Made by a program: the position numbers and the translations under genes. A stretch of DNA of 63,520 nt, counting the filler, from Octopus bimaculoides (Eukaryota): NCBI RefSeq assembly GCF_001194135.2. It is 4 parts of 4 records of this genome, joined end to end, with 100 filler letters (N's around TTAATTAATTAA, not from the genome) between each part and the next. Parts side by side here need not be neighbours in the genome. Positions count along the whole stretch, not along the records: positions 1 to 21,676 come from NC_068996.1; 3 more parts are not named here. One strand, written 5' to 3'. The notes under the pieces are model-generated. The model had not been told where the DNA came from. It did no database searches and worked only from the letters and a program-made list of their open reading frames with translations. Of this stretch, positions 1 to 13,149 are shown piece by piece; the first letter of the stretch is position 1, and the number at the start of each line of letters is the position of its first letter.

Positions 1-66
<66 letters not shown>

Positions 67-167
67 GTGCGTGTGTGAGTCGGTAAGAATGTAAGCATAT
101 ATATGACATTATGTATGCGTGTGTATGTATGTATAAATGTGTGTAGGTATGTCTCTGCATGTATGTA

Positions 168-200
<33 letters not shown>

Positions 201-250
201 ATGCATGCAAGTATGTATGTATACATGTATGTATGTATATGTTGCAATAT
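1..250. repeat. (GT)n and (GTAT)n microsatellite block
   Basis: Visible directly in the sequence. Confidence 0.95.
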
Positions 251-270
251 ATTTTATCCTTTATTTTGTA

Positions 271-1622
271 CTAGCAGAAATACCCGGCTTTGCCCGGGTT
301 AAAGAGAATAATGAAATCTAAAAACGCCGTCTAGACTACGCAACCCTCAACTGCTAGTAGCTACGATACCATATTTCTACATTAATAACTCTCCAATCCA
401 TGCCAGCATGGAACATAGACATTAAGTGGAATGCCAGTCTCTCATCTAGGAGGGCCTTGAAATCAATGTTACCAACTGGGGACTATGTGTGTCGTAGTGA
501 TAATAAAAAGACCCAAAGGAGGTCTGCAACGAAATAATTTTACTCAACACTTTGCAAGTGAATCAGTGGAGGCAAAGATGCGTCTCATTTACTTGACAAT
601 TTATGCACCACATTGCAGAAATCACAATGTAAGTATATCTGAAAGGGTAGTCTTACACTGTNNNNNNNNNNNNNNNNNNNNNNNNNNNNNNNNNNNNNNN
701 NNNNNNNNNNNNNNNNNNNNNNNNNNNNNNNNNNNNNNNNNNNNNNNNNNNNNNNNNNNNNNNNNNNNNNNNNNNNNNNNNNNNNNNNNNNNNNNNNNNN
801 NNNNNNNNNNNNNNNNNNNNNNNNNNNNNNNNNNNNNNNNNNNNNNNNNNNNNNNNNNNNNNNNNNNNNNNNNNNNNNNNNNNNNNNNNNNNNNNNNNNN
901 NNNNNNNNNNNNNNNNNNNNNNNNNNNNNNNNNNNNNNNNNNNNNNNNNNNNNNNNNNNNNNNNNNNNNNNNNNNNNNNNNNNNNNNNNNNNNNNNNNNN
1001 NNNNNNNNNNNNNNNNNNNNNNNNNNNNNNNNNNNNNNNNNNNNNNNNNNNNNNNNNNNNNNNNNNNNNNNNNNNNNNNNNNNNNNNNNNNNNNNNNNNN
1101 NNNNNNNNNNNNNNNNNNNNNNNNNNNNNNNNNNNNNNNNNNNNNNNNNNNNNNNNNNNNNNNNNNNNNNNNNNNNNNNNNNNNNNNNNNNNNNNNNNNN
1201 NNNNNNNNNNNNNNNNNNNNNNNNNNNNNNNNNNNNNNNNNNNNNNNNNNNNNNNNNNNNNNNNNNNNNNNNNNNNNNNNNNNNNNNNNNNNNNNNNATC
1301 TGTCACTACAGTATCGAAATGTGATTGTTTCAGTTAGTGGAATAGTTTCATTTTTAAAGTGAAAGTATTTGACATGAGTGTTTTTGTTTCACTTTTGACA
1401 CGTAATACTTAAATAGTGGAGGAGATATTATGTTGCCGTGTGCTCGAACTCTGCAAGAAGTTAATAATTTTTTTAACTAAAACACAACTGGAACCCTCAG
1501 TAAGGCATGTGTAAAATTTGAATGAAATTGGTTGCGTAGTTCTCGAGTTTTAGGGAAACACACACACACACATACACACACACACACAGACAGACACACA
1601 TTCTCATTTTTATATATATAGA
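271..1622 (-). mobile_element. Non-autonomous Helitron (partly gapped)
   Basis: On the minus strand: 5' TC start (A|TCTATATATATAAAA at 1622), 3' GC-rich hairpin ACCCGG-GCAAAG-CCGGGT (282-299) followed by CTAG (271-274). It sits between host A and T, which are the canonical Helitron ends. Confidence 0.75.
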
Positions 1623-2004
1623 TAGATAATCTTTTTTATCAAAAAACAAAATAAAACGTATCTTTCAATTCCGATACTATACAAGAGGCATTGTAAGGAA
1701 CCTTCGAGAAAAAAAAAACTTTTTTCTTCTTAGGCAACTCTCATCATTAACTAATCACATTAACTAGACATGTAAATCCATACATTCAACCAGCTTATCA
1801 TATTATACATTACAGGACTTTGTTGTTTGTTTGTTTCGAGGATATTTTCATTTTTTTCTTTTGATTTTTTTTTTACGGTGTCTATTATAGAATTAATAAT
1901 ATATTTTAAAGTCGTGTTGTGAACGCCTTTGATAATAGCTCTGCTTGAGCAAGACTGGCCTAGGGCTAGTCAAACGATATCATTTACTTCATACCTCTCT
2001 CTTT

Positions 2005-2120
2005 ACTCTTCTCTCTCTCTCTCTCTCTCTCTTCTTCTTCCTCTCTCACTTACATGCTCTCTCTCTCTCTTTCTCTCGTTTTCTCAATTTTTCTCTCTCC
2101 ATATCTCTCTATCGATTTAG

Positions 2121-2168
<48 letters not shown>

Positions 2169-2316
2169 NNNNNNNNNNNNNNNNNNNNNNNNNNNNNNNN
2201 NNNNNNNNNNNNNNNNNNNNNNNNNNNNNNNNNNNNNNNNNNNNNNNNNNNNNNNNNNNNNNNNNNNNNNNNNNNNNNNNNNNNNNNNNNNNNNNNNNNN
2301 NNNNNNNNNNNNNNNN

Positions 2317-2355
<39 letters not shown>
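2005..2355. repeat. (CT)n microsatellite with gap
   Basis: Visible directly. Confidence 0.95.
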
Positions 2356-2360
<5 letters not shown>

Positions 2361-2480
2361 TGTTACAACATCAAATATCTCATTTTCTATACTATGATTC
2401 TCCCAAAGACTTACTTTAAGATCCTTAAATAAACACCGCTAAAACACATCGATTATAATTATTAACTGAATCCAGACATA

Positions 2481-2660
2481 CAGTAATCCCTCAACTTTCG
2501 CGGGTGTTACGTTTCAAAAGACCTCCCACAGAAATAATTAAAATCTATAAAAAGTATAAATACCTATCGGCCGCAGAAAGTCGCGATATACTGAAGAGTT
2601 TGCGATATAAATTTATTTATATTAGCCAGAAAAATCCGCGATGTACGAGGTGGACAGAAA
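2481..2660 (+). mobile_element. Tigger/pogo-like MITE fragment
   Basis: TA followed by CAGTAATCCCTCAACTTTCGCGGGTGTTACGTTTC resembles a pogo/Tigger-type terminal repeat; only one end was recognised. Confidence 0.45.
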
Positions 2661-2893
2661 CTATTGAGAATCCTGTAAGGTAGACCATAACCGCAATATG
2701 AAATTATAGTCTTTTCACACATTGTGTCATGTATGATTCTACATAAGAATTTATATAAGTGGTTACATGTATCTGTGACTAGACTTAATCAAATACCTAA
2801 TCCACTCATCTATCTAATTCTATATTTGTCTATCTCTGTGTCTATCTGCAACTATATCTCTTTGTATCTGCCTTTCTGCCTAAATTTATTTTT

Positions 2894-3395
2894 CATCATC
2901 ATCATCATAATCATCATCATCATCATCATCATCATCGTTTAACGTCCGCTTTCCATGCTAGCATGGGTTGGACGATTTGACCGAGGACTGGCGAATCAGA
3001 TGGCTACATCAGGCTCCAATCTGATTTGGCAGAGTTTCTACAGCTGGATGCCCGACCTAACACCAACCACTCCAAGAGTGTAGTGGATGCTTTTACGTGC
3101 CACTGGCATGAAGGCCAGTCAGGCGGTACTGGCAACGGCCACGCTCAGAATGGTGTATTTTACGTGCCACCTGCACAAGGGCCAGTCCAGCGGTACTGGC
3201 AACGAACTCGCTCGAATGTCTTTTCTCGTGCCACTGGTACAAGTGCCAGGAAGGCGAGGTTGGTAACGGTCACGTTCAAATGGTGCTATTTACGTGCCAC
3301 CGGCACGAAAGCCAGACAGCTGGTGCTCTGGCAACGATCACGCTCGGACGGTGCTCTTAGCACTCCACTGGCACAGGTGCCATCACGATTTCGCT
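2894..3395 (-). mobile_element. RTE-derived 3' tail (short non-autonomous retrocopy) ending in (ATG)n
   Basis: The same sequence (catcatcgtttaacgtccgctttccatgctagcatgggttggacg...) recurs at 8503, 9223 and 21517 (inverted), with variants at 32690 and 60705. A related tract follows RTE RT C-terminal coding sequence at 61880-62635. Confidence 0.8.
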
Positions 3396-3450
3396 TTTGT
3401 GTCTATATTTCTGTGTTTCCCTTGTATCTCACTATTTTCATATAACTGTC

Positions 3451-3759
3451 TACCACTGTCTCACAGGTTACCACTGTCTCACAGGTTACCACTGTCTCAC
3501 AGGTTACCACTGTCTCACGGGTTACCACTGTCTCACAGGTTACCACTGTCTCACAGGTTACCACTGTCTCACGGGTTACCACTGTCTCACAGGTTACCNN
3601 NNNNNNNNNNNNNNNNNNNNNNNNNNNNNNNNNNNNNNNNNNNNNNNNNNNNNNNNNNNNNNNNNNNNNNNNNNNNNNNNNNNNNNNNNNNNNNTCTACC
3701 ACTGTCTCACAGGTTACCACTGTCTCACAGGTTACCACTGTCTCACAGGTTACCACTGT
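3451..3759. repeat. 18-bp minisatellite TACCACTGTCTCACAGGT
   Basis: About 8 units before and 3 after an N gap; occasional CACGGGT variant. Confidence 0.95.
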
Positions 3760-5415
3760 ACCTCTCTGTATTGATACCAGTATCTTTCATTGTATCTCTA
3801 CCTAACTTTTGCATTTGTGTCTAACTATATATCAGTGTTTACCATGTATCTGTCTATTTCTGTATCAGCATCTAGCACAATATCTGTCTATCTTTGTATC
3901 CATCTACCAATGTGTCTCTCTGCATCTGTATCCATGTCTAAATCTTTTCCTGTGTCTATATGTCAGTGGTTACCATTGTATCTATATCTGATTGTATCTG
4001 CTTCTATTGTACATGTGTCCAATATTATTCCATTAGTTAACGTCTGAACCTGTCTTTATCTACCTCTGTCGTTTTAACTTTTCCCTCTGTCTGTCTCATG
4101 AAATTACTTGAAATCCATTTACGTTTAAAGATTTAAAGAGATGCAAGAATATGCAAATGCCTATAGAAACAATGATCTGTTTCTGTTTTTATTTTTGTTT
4201 TTTTAATGTTTTTATTGTTTTTAGGATTCTTTTGTTGTTGTTTTCTCCATTATGTTGCAATGTAGATACAGTCATAGGTATTGATTGCTTCACAAAATGT
4301 CATTTCTTTTGGGGGTTGTAGCTAGCTTAACATAGAAAAATATAGCTATGAAGTGTGGCTAGCTTGCTAGATAAAGGCATACGGATACAGAGATAGACAG
4401 ATATGCAGGCTGACACACAGACAGACTGATACATAGACAGACTGAGAGATCTAGAAAGACTGGTGGACAGACAGATACATAGACAGACAGGCCTGTAGAC
4501 TGACATTCAAATAGATAGACAGGCAGGTAGACAAAGAGAGACAGACAGACAGATAGATGCAGATTTAGACAGTGGTAGAAAGATGAACAAGCAGCCAAAA
4601 AGACAAGCTGACGGTGTAGAAGTAGACAAACAGATGCAGAGACAGACAGGTAAACAGATAGACAGACAAACAGATGCAGAGGTAAAAGGACTTGGGTAGA
4701 GACAAACATCAGTACAGTTTGACAGATGTTGCAGTAGTAGATGCAGCACAAACTGTTAGACTCAAGCACAGAGTAAGACATAGGTATCATAATATATAGA
4801 TACAATGACAGATACAAACATATAAACACAAAAATAGATTTAGACATAGATAGAGATACAGAAAGATATAGTGGTAGATAGATACAGAGACAGACAGACA
4901 GAGGGATATAGTGGTAGATAGAGAGACAAACAGATACAATGCTAGACACGCTGATACATAAATAGACAGATACAGAGGTAGACATCGATATAGTAATAGA
5001 CAAATACAGTTGTAGACAACTACAGTGGTAGACATTTATATCAAAATAGGCTAATACAGAGGTGCACACTGAGAAAAAAAAATGCAGAGACATAGTGGTA
5101 GACATCGATATAGAAATAGGTAGATACGATGGTAGATAGATATTAACCTAACAAATATGCTGTTCTGCATCTAAGATTTTCTTACTGAAATAAGTAGCTA
5201 GCTGATGTTTTTTCAGTTACATGGCTTATCTGCAATGAATTGCTTAAATAAAGATTCAAAGATTTTGAAATATATTGCATAGTTTGACAATATAATCGAT
5301 AAAATATTTTTTCAGTTTCTTTGGAAACTAATTTTTTATAAAACGTTTTTTGTTTGTATGTGTATCTGTTTCTTCCTGCATTCTTGATCATTATATATAT
5401 ATATATATATATATA

Positions 5416-6479
5416 TTGGATCATCCCATAAATAATGTGGTTTTTTTCAATTGCACGAACTAAAAGTCAGAGAGGGAAGGGATAAACTACCTGCATCAAC
5501 TTGTTATAAAAGCAGGTAGTAATTTTACCTTGTCCTTATTCTTAGTGCAAGTTTTGAAGAGTGCAGTTCAATTTTAACAGTTATTTTTTTCAAGTTACAA
5601 AGGAGCATATTCAGCATATTTTGCTGTATGAGTTCAATAAAGGCAACAATGTAATGGAAAGTGTGAGGAATATTAATGTAATATATGGGGATCGGCCAAT
5701 AAGCAGAAGCCAATGTCAACAATGGTTCCAGAAATTCTAAGCTAGAAACTACAGCCTTGAAGACGAGCCTCTTCCTGGAAGATCTATAGAGCTCGATGAG
5801 GACATCCTGCAAACCTTGGTGGAACAAAATCTCATCGTAACTGTTCAGGAAGCAGCAGAGAAGCTTGGATTTACTCATTCAACCATTCAGCAGTACCTGT
5901 GTGCCATTGAAAAAGTCATCAAATTTGGTCAATGAGTTCCTCACAAACTTTCTGAATCTAATCATACACAGAGAGTGAATGTGTGCTCTTCTTTGCTATC
6001 ACATCCCAGGAATGAACCTTTTTTTGACTAAAGAGTGACTGGTGACAAGAAATGCGTCCTCTACAAAAATGTCAAGTACTGAAGACAGTGGATAGGGAAA
6101 CACTGGCACCACAGGCTAAAGAAGGTTTCCGCCCATGTCAGGTATTGTGGCTTAAGTCAGTACTAGAAGAAATATGACCATCTTTAGTTTCAAGACAAAA
6201 GGTGTTCTTCCATCTGGAACATACAGCGAGGATGACATTCCAAAGGCTGGAGCAGTTTGAATGAAAAACAATGCCCCACCCACCATATTTACCAGACATT
6301 GCACCATCTGATTATCACTTATTCTGCAGTCTTCAAAATCATTTGGATGGAAAAAATATGAATTCTGTAGATGAGATCAGAACAGAACTGGAGAAATATT
6401 TTTTGCCACAAACAAGTGAATTTTGGAAGTGGGGCCTTGCAAGTCTACCAGATAGATGGAAGAATGTTGTAGAAAATGA
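5416..6479 (+). mobile_element. Degenerate mariner (DD34D) transposon, copy 1
   Basis: TA followed by TIR ttggatcatcccataaataatg. Frameshifted transposase motifs: *VPHKL (WVPHEL), VTGDKK (D1) and HPPYLPDIAPSDYHLF. Same family as 24900-26166; the 3' end is lost in a gap. Confidence 0.9.
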
Positions 6480-6534
6480 NNNNNNNNNNATGTATGTATG
6501 TATGTATGTATGTATGTATGTATGTATATCTTTT

Positions 6535-7110
<576 letters not shown>

Positions 7111-8007
7111 CATGCCTGTGTCTATATATATATATATATGTATATGTATATGTGTATATATATNNNNNNNNNNNNNNNNNNNNNNNNNNNNNNNNNNNNN
7201 NNNNNNNNNNNNNNNNNNNNNNNNNNNNNNNNNNNNNNNNNNNNNNNNNNNNNNNNNNNNNNNNNNNNNNNNNNNNNNNNNNNNNNNNNNNNNNNNNNNN
7301 NNNNNNNNNNNNNNNNNNNNNNNNNNNNNNNNNNNNNNNNNNNNNNNNNNNNNNNNNNNNNNNNNNNNNNNNNNNNNNNNNNNNNNNNNNNNNNNNNNNN
7401 NNNNNNNNNNNNNNNNNNNNNNNNNNNNNNNNNNNNNNNNNNNNNNNNNNNNNNNNNNNNNNNNNNNNNNNNNNNNNNNNNNNNNNNNNNNNNNNNNNNN
7501 NNNNNNNNNNNNNNNNNNNNNNNNNNNNNNNNNNNNNNNNNNNNNNNNNNNNNNNNNNNNNNNNNNNNNNNNNNNNNNNNNNNNNNNNNNNNNNNNNNNN
7601 NNNNNNNNNNNNNNNNNNNNNNNNNNNNNNNNNNNNNNNNNNNNNNNNNNNNNNNNNNNNNNNNNNNNNNNNNNNNNNNNNNNNNNNNNNNNNNNNNNNN
7701 NNNNNNNNNNNNNNNNNNNNNNNNNNNNNNNNNNNNNNNNNNNNNNNNNNNNNNNNNNNNNNNNNNNNNNNNNNNNNNNNNNNNNNNNNNNNNNNNNNNN
7801 NNNNNNNNNNNNNNNNNNNNNNNNNNNNNNNNNNNNNNNNNNNNNNNNNNNNNNNNNNNNNNNNNNNNNNNNNNNNNNNNNNNNNNNNNNNNNNNNNNNN
7901 NNNNNNNNNNNNNNNNNNNNNNNNNNNNNNNNNNNNNNNNNNNNNNNNNNNNNNNNNNNNNNNNNNNNNNNNNNNNNNNNNNNNNNNNNNNNNNNNNNNN
8001 NNNNNNN

Positions 8008-8052
<45 letters not shown>

Positions 8053-8074
8053 GTATGTATGTATGTATGTATAT

Positions 8075-8390
8075 GATGTGGAAAAATATTCCAACAGTAC
8101 AGCCCAAATGATATTGGCATCCACTTTAAAATTCACCGAAGGCATGGTTCCCATGCAATCCATCCTGTACAAAAGTCATATTCACAACACTAAAATAGAA
8201 CTACTTCCCCTCCATTGGTCCTGCTCTCTTTAACATCATACCAAGACACATAACAGAACAAGCAGATCCCTTAATATTTAAATGGTTCCTGGATCAATAT
8301 CTCCAACAAATTCCAGATAAACCACCTACTCCCAGATATATCTCTGTAAATAATAATTCTCTTTTCAAATGGTGCCCAATGAATGACTCA
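8075..8390 (+). mobile_element. 3' end of a CR1/L2-group LINE ORF2
   Basis: Translation includes IGPALFNIIPRHITEQADPLIFKWFLDQYLQQIPDKPPTPRYISVNNNSLFKW, typical of the C-terminus of CR1/L2-type ORF2. Confidence 0.65.
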
Positions 8391-8502
8391 TATGAAACAC
8401 TTTTAAATGTCTTTTCCAGGTGGTGCTTTTAAGTTAGACATGGTCTGGACCCATGCTGGCTGGAACTTATCTAAGTAGCTAAGTACATATAGATATATAT
8501 AT

Positions 8503-8745
8503 CATCATCATCATCATCATCGTTTAACGTCCGCTTTCCAGGCTAGCATGGGTTGGACGATTTGACTGAGGACTGGTGAACCAGATGGCTACACCAGGTT
8601 CCAATCTGATTTGGCAGAGTTTCTACAGCTGGATGCCCTTCCTAACGCCAACCACTCTGAGAGTGTAGTGGGTGCTTTTACGTGTCACCTGCACGAAGGT
8701 CAGTCAGGCAGTATGGGCAACGGCCACGCTCAAATGGTGTATTTT
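8503..8745 (-). mobile_element. RTE-derived 3' tail copy
   Basis: Near-identical to the 2894-3160 copy. Confidence 0.8.
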
Positions 8746-9222
8746 ATGTGTATTAAACATATATATATTTATTTATTTATTTATGTCTATATTAATATTA
8801 TCTTGGTTGAAAACCTTTGATAATGCAAATATATTAATAGTTACCAGGGTAGAAAAATCACACAAAAATTGGGATATTATACCCGGTTAATGGGTATAAA
8901 TTCCAAGTTAAAGTGATGTATTTTGAGTTGATATTAATAATAATAATAAATGGAGCAAAACGCATATAATTAATAAGTTCCTTATTGATTATATGCGTTT
9001 TGCTCCATTTCTTATTATTTATATATATATANNNNNNNNNNNNNNNNNNNNNNNNNNNNNNNNNNNNNNNNNNNNNNNNNNNNNNNNNNNNNNNNNNNNN
9101 NNNNNNNNNNNNNNNNNNNNNNNNNNNNNNNNNNNNNNNNNNNNNNNNNNNNNNNNNNNNNNNNNNNNNNNNNNNNNNNNNNNNNNNNNNNNNNNNNNNT
9201 TTAGCAATATGGCAAGTATCTC

Positions 9223-9690
9223 ATCATCATCATCGTTTAACATCCGCTTTCCATGCTAGCATGGGTTGGATGATTTGACTGAGGACTGGTGAACCAGATG
9301 GCTACACCAGGCTCCAATCTGATTTGGCAGAGTTTCTACAGCTGGATGCCCTTCCTAACGCCAACCACTCTGAGAGTGTAGTGGGTGCTTTTTACATGCC
9401 ACCGGCACGAAGGCCAGTCAGGAGGTACTGGCAACGGCCACGCTCAAAATGGTGTTTTTTACATGCCACCTGCACGGGAGCCAGTCCAGTGGCACTGGCA
9501 ACAACCTCGCTCAAATGACTTTCTAATGTACCACCAGCACAAGTGCTAAAAGGCAACGCTGGTGATGATTACACTCTAATGGTGCTATTTACAGGCCACT
9601 AGCACGGAAGCCAGACAGCTGCTCTGGCAATGAACACACTCAGACAGTGCTGTTAGTGCTCCACTGGCGCAGATGCCAGTCATCGAGTAT
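9223..9690 (-). mobile_element. RTE-derived 3' tail copy
   Basis: Colinear with 2894-3395, including the internal ~60-80 bp subrepeats. Confidence 0.8.
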
Positions 9691-11325
9691 GGTTTAGTTA
9701 GGATTTCGAGAAATGATTTGATTGATTCTAGCAGCTCACTGGTTTATTTGCGTCATTGTCTTCATTGCCATCCATTGATCTTGATGTTACAACCAAGTGT
9801 GCACTACTTTGCTAACAGACTTTGTTCACTAATGGCTAAAAGGTACTAAGTATACAGCTGCTGTCATTATCAGAGAGAAAGCATGGTCTAATGGTTAGGT
9901 GTTGCACTCATGGTCGTTAGGTTGTGGGTTGTGATTTTTGAAATCAGATGGTGTGGAGGAAGTTCAACCATGTTTCGTGGTCTGCTACCACGACAGCTCC
10001 TATATAGGATCCAGTTAGCTGAAGACATCATCAGGAGGAACCACGTCCGGTTTCGGCCCCTACTCCTCTACCGTTTTGACGTGGCAGGGCCACCCCCTTT
10101 CGGAGGTGTCTTCAGCTCTGGTGTTGGGTGCATGTCTTCTTTCACTGTTTGTGACTGTTCTAATTCAACTGTGGAATGTCCCTCGCTATGGTTATTTTCC
10201 AGGAGGTTCTGGCCACACGTCTTACGGTTCATCAACCCGCGTTGTTGAATTACTTTCTTCTGACATACCTTCCCTTGGTGGATTAACATCCAGTTAGCTC
10301 AAGACATCATCAGGAGNNNNNNNNNNNNNNNNNNNNNNNNNNNNNNNNNNNNNNNNNNNNNNNNNNNNNNNNNNNNNNNNNNNNNNNNNNNNNNNNNNNN
10401 NNNNNNNNNNNNNNNNNNNNNNNNNNNNNNNNNNNNNNNNNNNNNNNNNNNNNNNNNNNNNNNNNNNNNNNNNNNNNNNNNNNNNNNNNNNNNNNNNNNN
10501 NNNNNNNNNNNNNNNNNNNNNNNNNNNNNNNNNNNNNNNNNNNNNNNNNNNNNNNNNNNNNNNNNNNNNNNNNNNNNNNNNNNNNNNNNTTTTACATTGC
10601 CCTGTGATCTTTTCGACATCTAACATGTAGCATATTTGTGCACCTGTTCAGGTAATGTCGATTTGATGGAGGGGGTAGATTTATCTTTTATATTTCATCA
10701 TTTACTTGTGTCAGTCATTAGGCTGCTGCCATGCTGGAGCAATACCTTCTGAACACAAACATTTGATCACTAGAAGCAAAGCTTTTGTGCAGGTTGCTTT
10801 CAGTAAGAAATTGCGGAACCTGCTATCCCCTCCCACCCCCACCCCCACCCTGCCATTTAACGATGGTAGAATCCATAATGTGAGTGAGTGAGGGAGTGAG
10901 TGAGTGGGTGAGTGAGTGAGTGTGTTTAGGGGTCGGGTGGGGGTGAAGGTGGGGTAAGTGTGTGGGTGTGTGTCATTGTTCAGTTTTATTTCAAGATTTC
11001 TTGCCAATAGAGGAGTCGGTTTCTAACCTAGATCCAAGGTTCCTTCATTTGAATTTCAGCATCAACAACAGGAGGATATTTTTGCATGTATATATGTATG
11101 TATCAAACTCTATTGTTTTGCCAAAAACATCAAATTACAGGACTCAATACAAACGTAGAGCATTCTTTAATGCATTATAACAAAAAGGTTCCAATTTCCA
11201 GTTCTCAGAGTTGCTTGTTTCCAATCATCAGTTGGTAAACCAAACCTGGTTTTCTTGTGAAATATCCATTGTCTGAATATTCTTTGAAATATGAAATGAA
11301 AGTTTGAAGGAAATACTTATTCAGA

Positions 11326-11475
11326 GTAAAGATTATTTGCCAACGTAATATGGCAGTCCTGGTTTAGGTCAAATGTTGCTGTAATTTAGCCCCAGGAGAC
11401 ATCGTCTGGGGCTAAATTACAGTAACATTCGTCCTAAAGCAGGACTGTCATGTTATGTTGGCAATCAATCTTTAC
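11326..11475. repeat. Long imperfect palindrome (~70-bp arms) inside a dispersed repeat
   Basis: The left arm ...gttgctgtaatttagccccag pairs with ctggggctaaattacagtaac.... The right arm plus downstream sequence recurs at 54845-54975. Confidence 0.85.
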
Positions 11476-13149
11476 TACAAAGTACTGTTGCTGAATATCT
11501 CTCATTGTGAGATTTAAAAATAGTAATTTTCTAAATACTTATTTTATATGTTCTTTTGTTTAAAAGCCTTTGTGAATGATACATCAAGCTTCTTTTCAGT
11601 TTCCCACCTACAAAATTTTACTCACAAGGCACAAATTAATTTGGGACAATAACAGAAGACACTTGCCTAAAGTGTTGTGGCACAGAATTGAAATGAAAAT
11701 TGCATGGCTGCAAACCAAATTCTTTATCCACAAAGCAAATTTCTCAACCACACACTCATATTAACATCCGTCTTTGTATAAAGTTAACAATACACGAACA
11801 ATATGGAAATGTTCCAAATTTGATGGAAAAGAAAATTAGATTTAAGTTGACGATTTCATTATCTGATAACAAACAGATCGACTAACAATGGAATAAACGC
11901 AAATTTACTATGATATCATTCTTCAAATGAATCTAGTTTTGGCATAACCAGTATTAACGTGTACCTTGCATATCAATTCCTGATAGTTAATATCCATTAT
12001 CACAGCCTGGCGCTTTAATGACATCTTCACATGTATTTATGTACAACTGTCTTTCTTCATCAATTCCTGAAACAACATAACATAAAATGAATTTGTCTCA
12101 AGTTAAAGCTCTGCTGTCTTTGTTTCCAGAAATTGCACAATTCTTTCATTTTCTGGTTTTTTTTTGTTTGTTTTTTTTGGTGGGTGGGAGTTAGTTTTTA
12201 CTATTTTTCATTTCCTTTATTTCTTTTTTTTATTTTTTACCTTGTTTCAGTCAGAAGACTGTGGCCATGGTGGAGCATTTGACCTCAGTACTTGTTTTTT
12301 GTTTTAATCTGGTATTCAATTTTATCTGTTTCTTTTGCTGAATCTCTAGGTTACAGGAACAACACAAGCTGTGAAGCAGCCAGGTAGGAATAAACACAAA
12401 CACAAAGACATACACACACACACACACACATGCACAATGTAGAACTACTGCTAATTTGTTTTCCTTTTCTCTTTCACTTACTGGAGAAAAGACAGTGCTC
12501 ATGCACTCATGATGGTTTTTGCAGGCCTTTCCCAACTGCTAGGATTGAGACTGATTCCATAAGTGGCCCCCTTGGATGTCAAGAGGGCATAAGTCCACAA
12601 CAGTAATTCCAAAGGCCCAATATTCTGGGAGAAGGTGAATGGCCTACTGGTCAGGATGTTGCACTCCGAATCACAGGATTGTGTTTCAATTCCAGGACCA
12701 GGCAGTGCATTGCGTGTTTTTGAACAAAACACTTCATTTCACGTTGTTTTTCTTCATTCAGCTATAAATGAGTAAACCAGTGAGGACTAGCATGCTATGT
12801 TGCGATCTTGGTTGCTTATACACTATGGGAAACCAAGTAACTAGTTTTATGCCTCCCTAGGGCCCCAAGACAATAATGTCCAGGGGGGTTGGTGGTGATG
12901 AGTATTCTGTGAAGGAAGGAAAGGGTGTTATGATTAGTACCCAACCTCGAGGGTGGGCTGGGATACAATAACTGTGATGAGAGGAAGAAGGGCAAGTGGA
13001 TTGGGGATGGATGAGGGAGTGGGGTATGAGTCCAAATAATTCTGAAGAACTACAGGTATCTGGATGCTAATTGATAACACACCAGCTGATTGGATATGTT
13101 GTGCAAGTGTGTGTGTGTGTATGTGTGTGTGTGTGTATATATGCATGCA

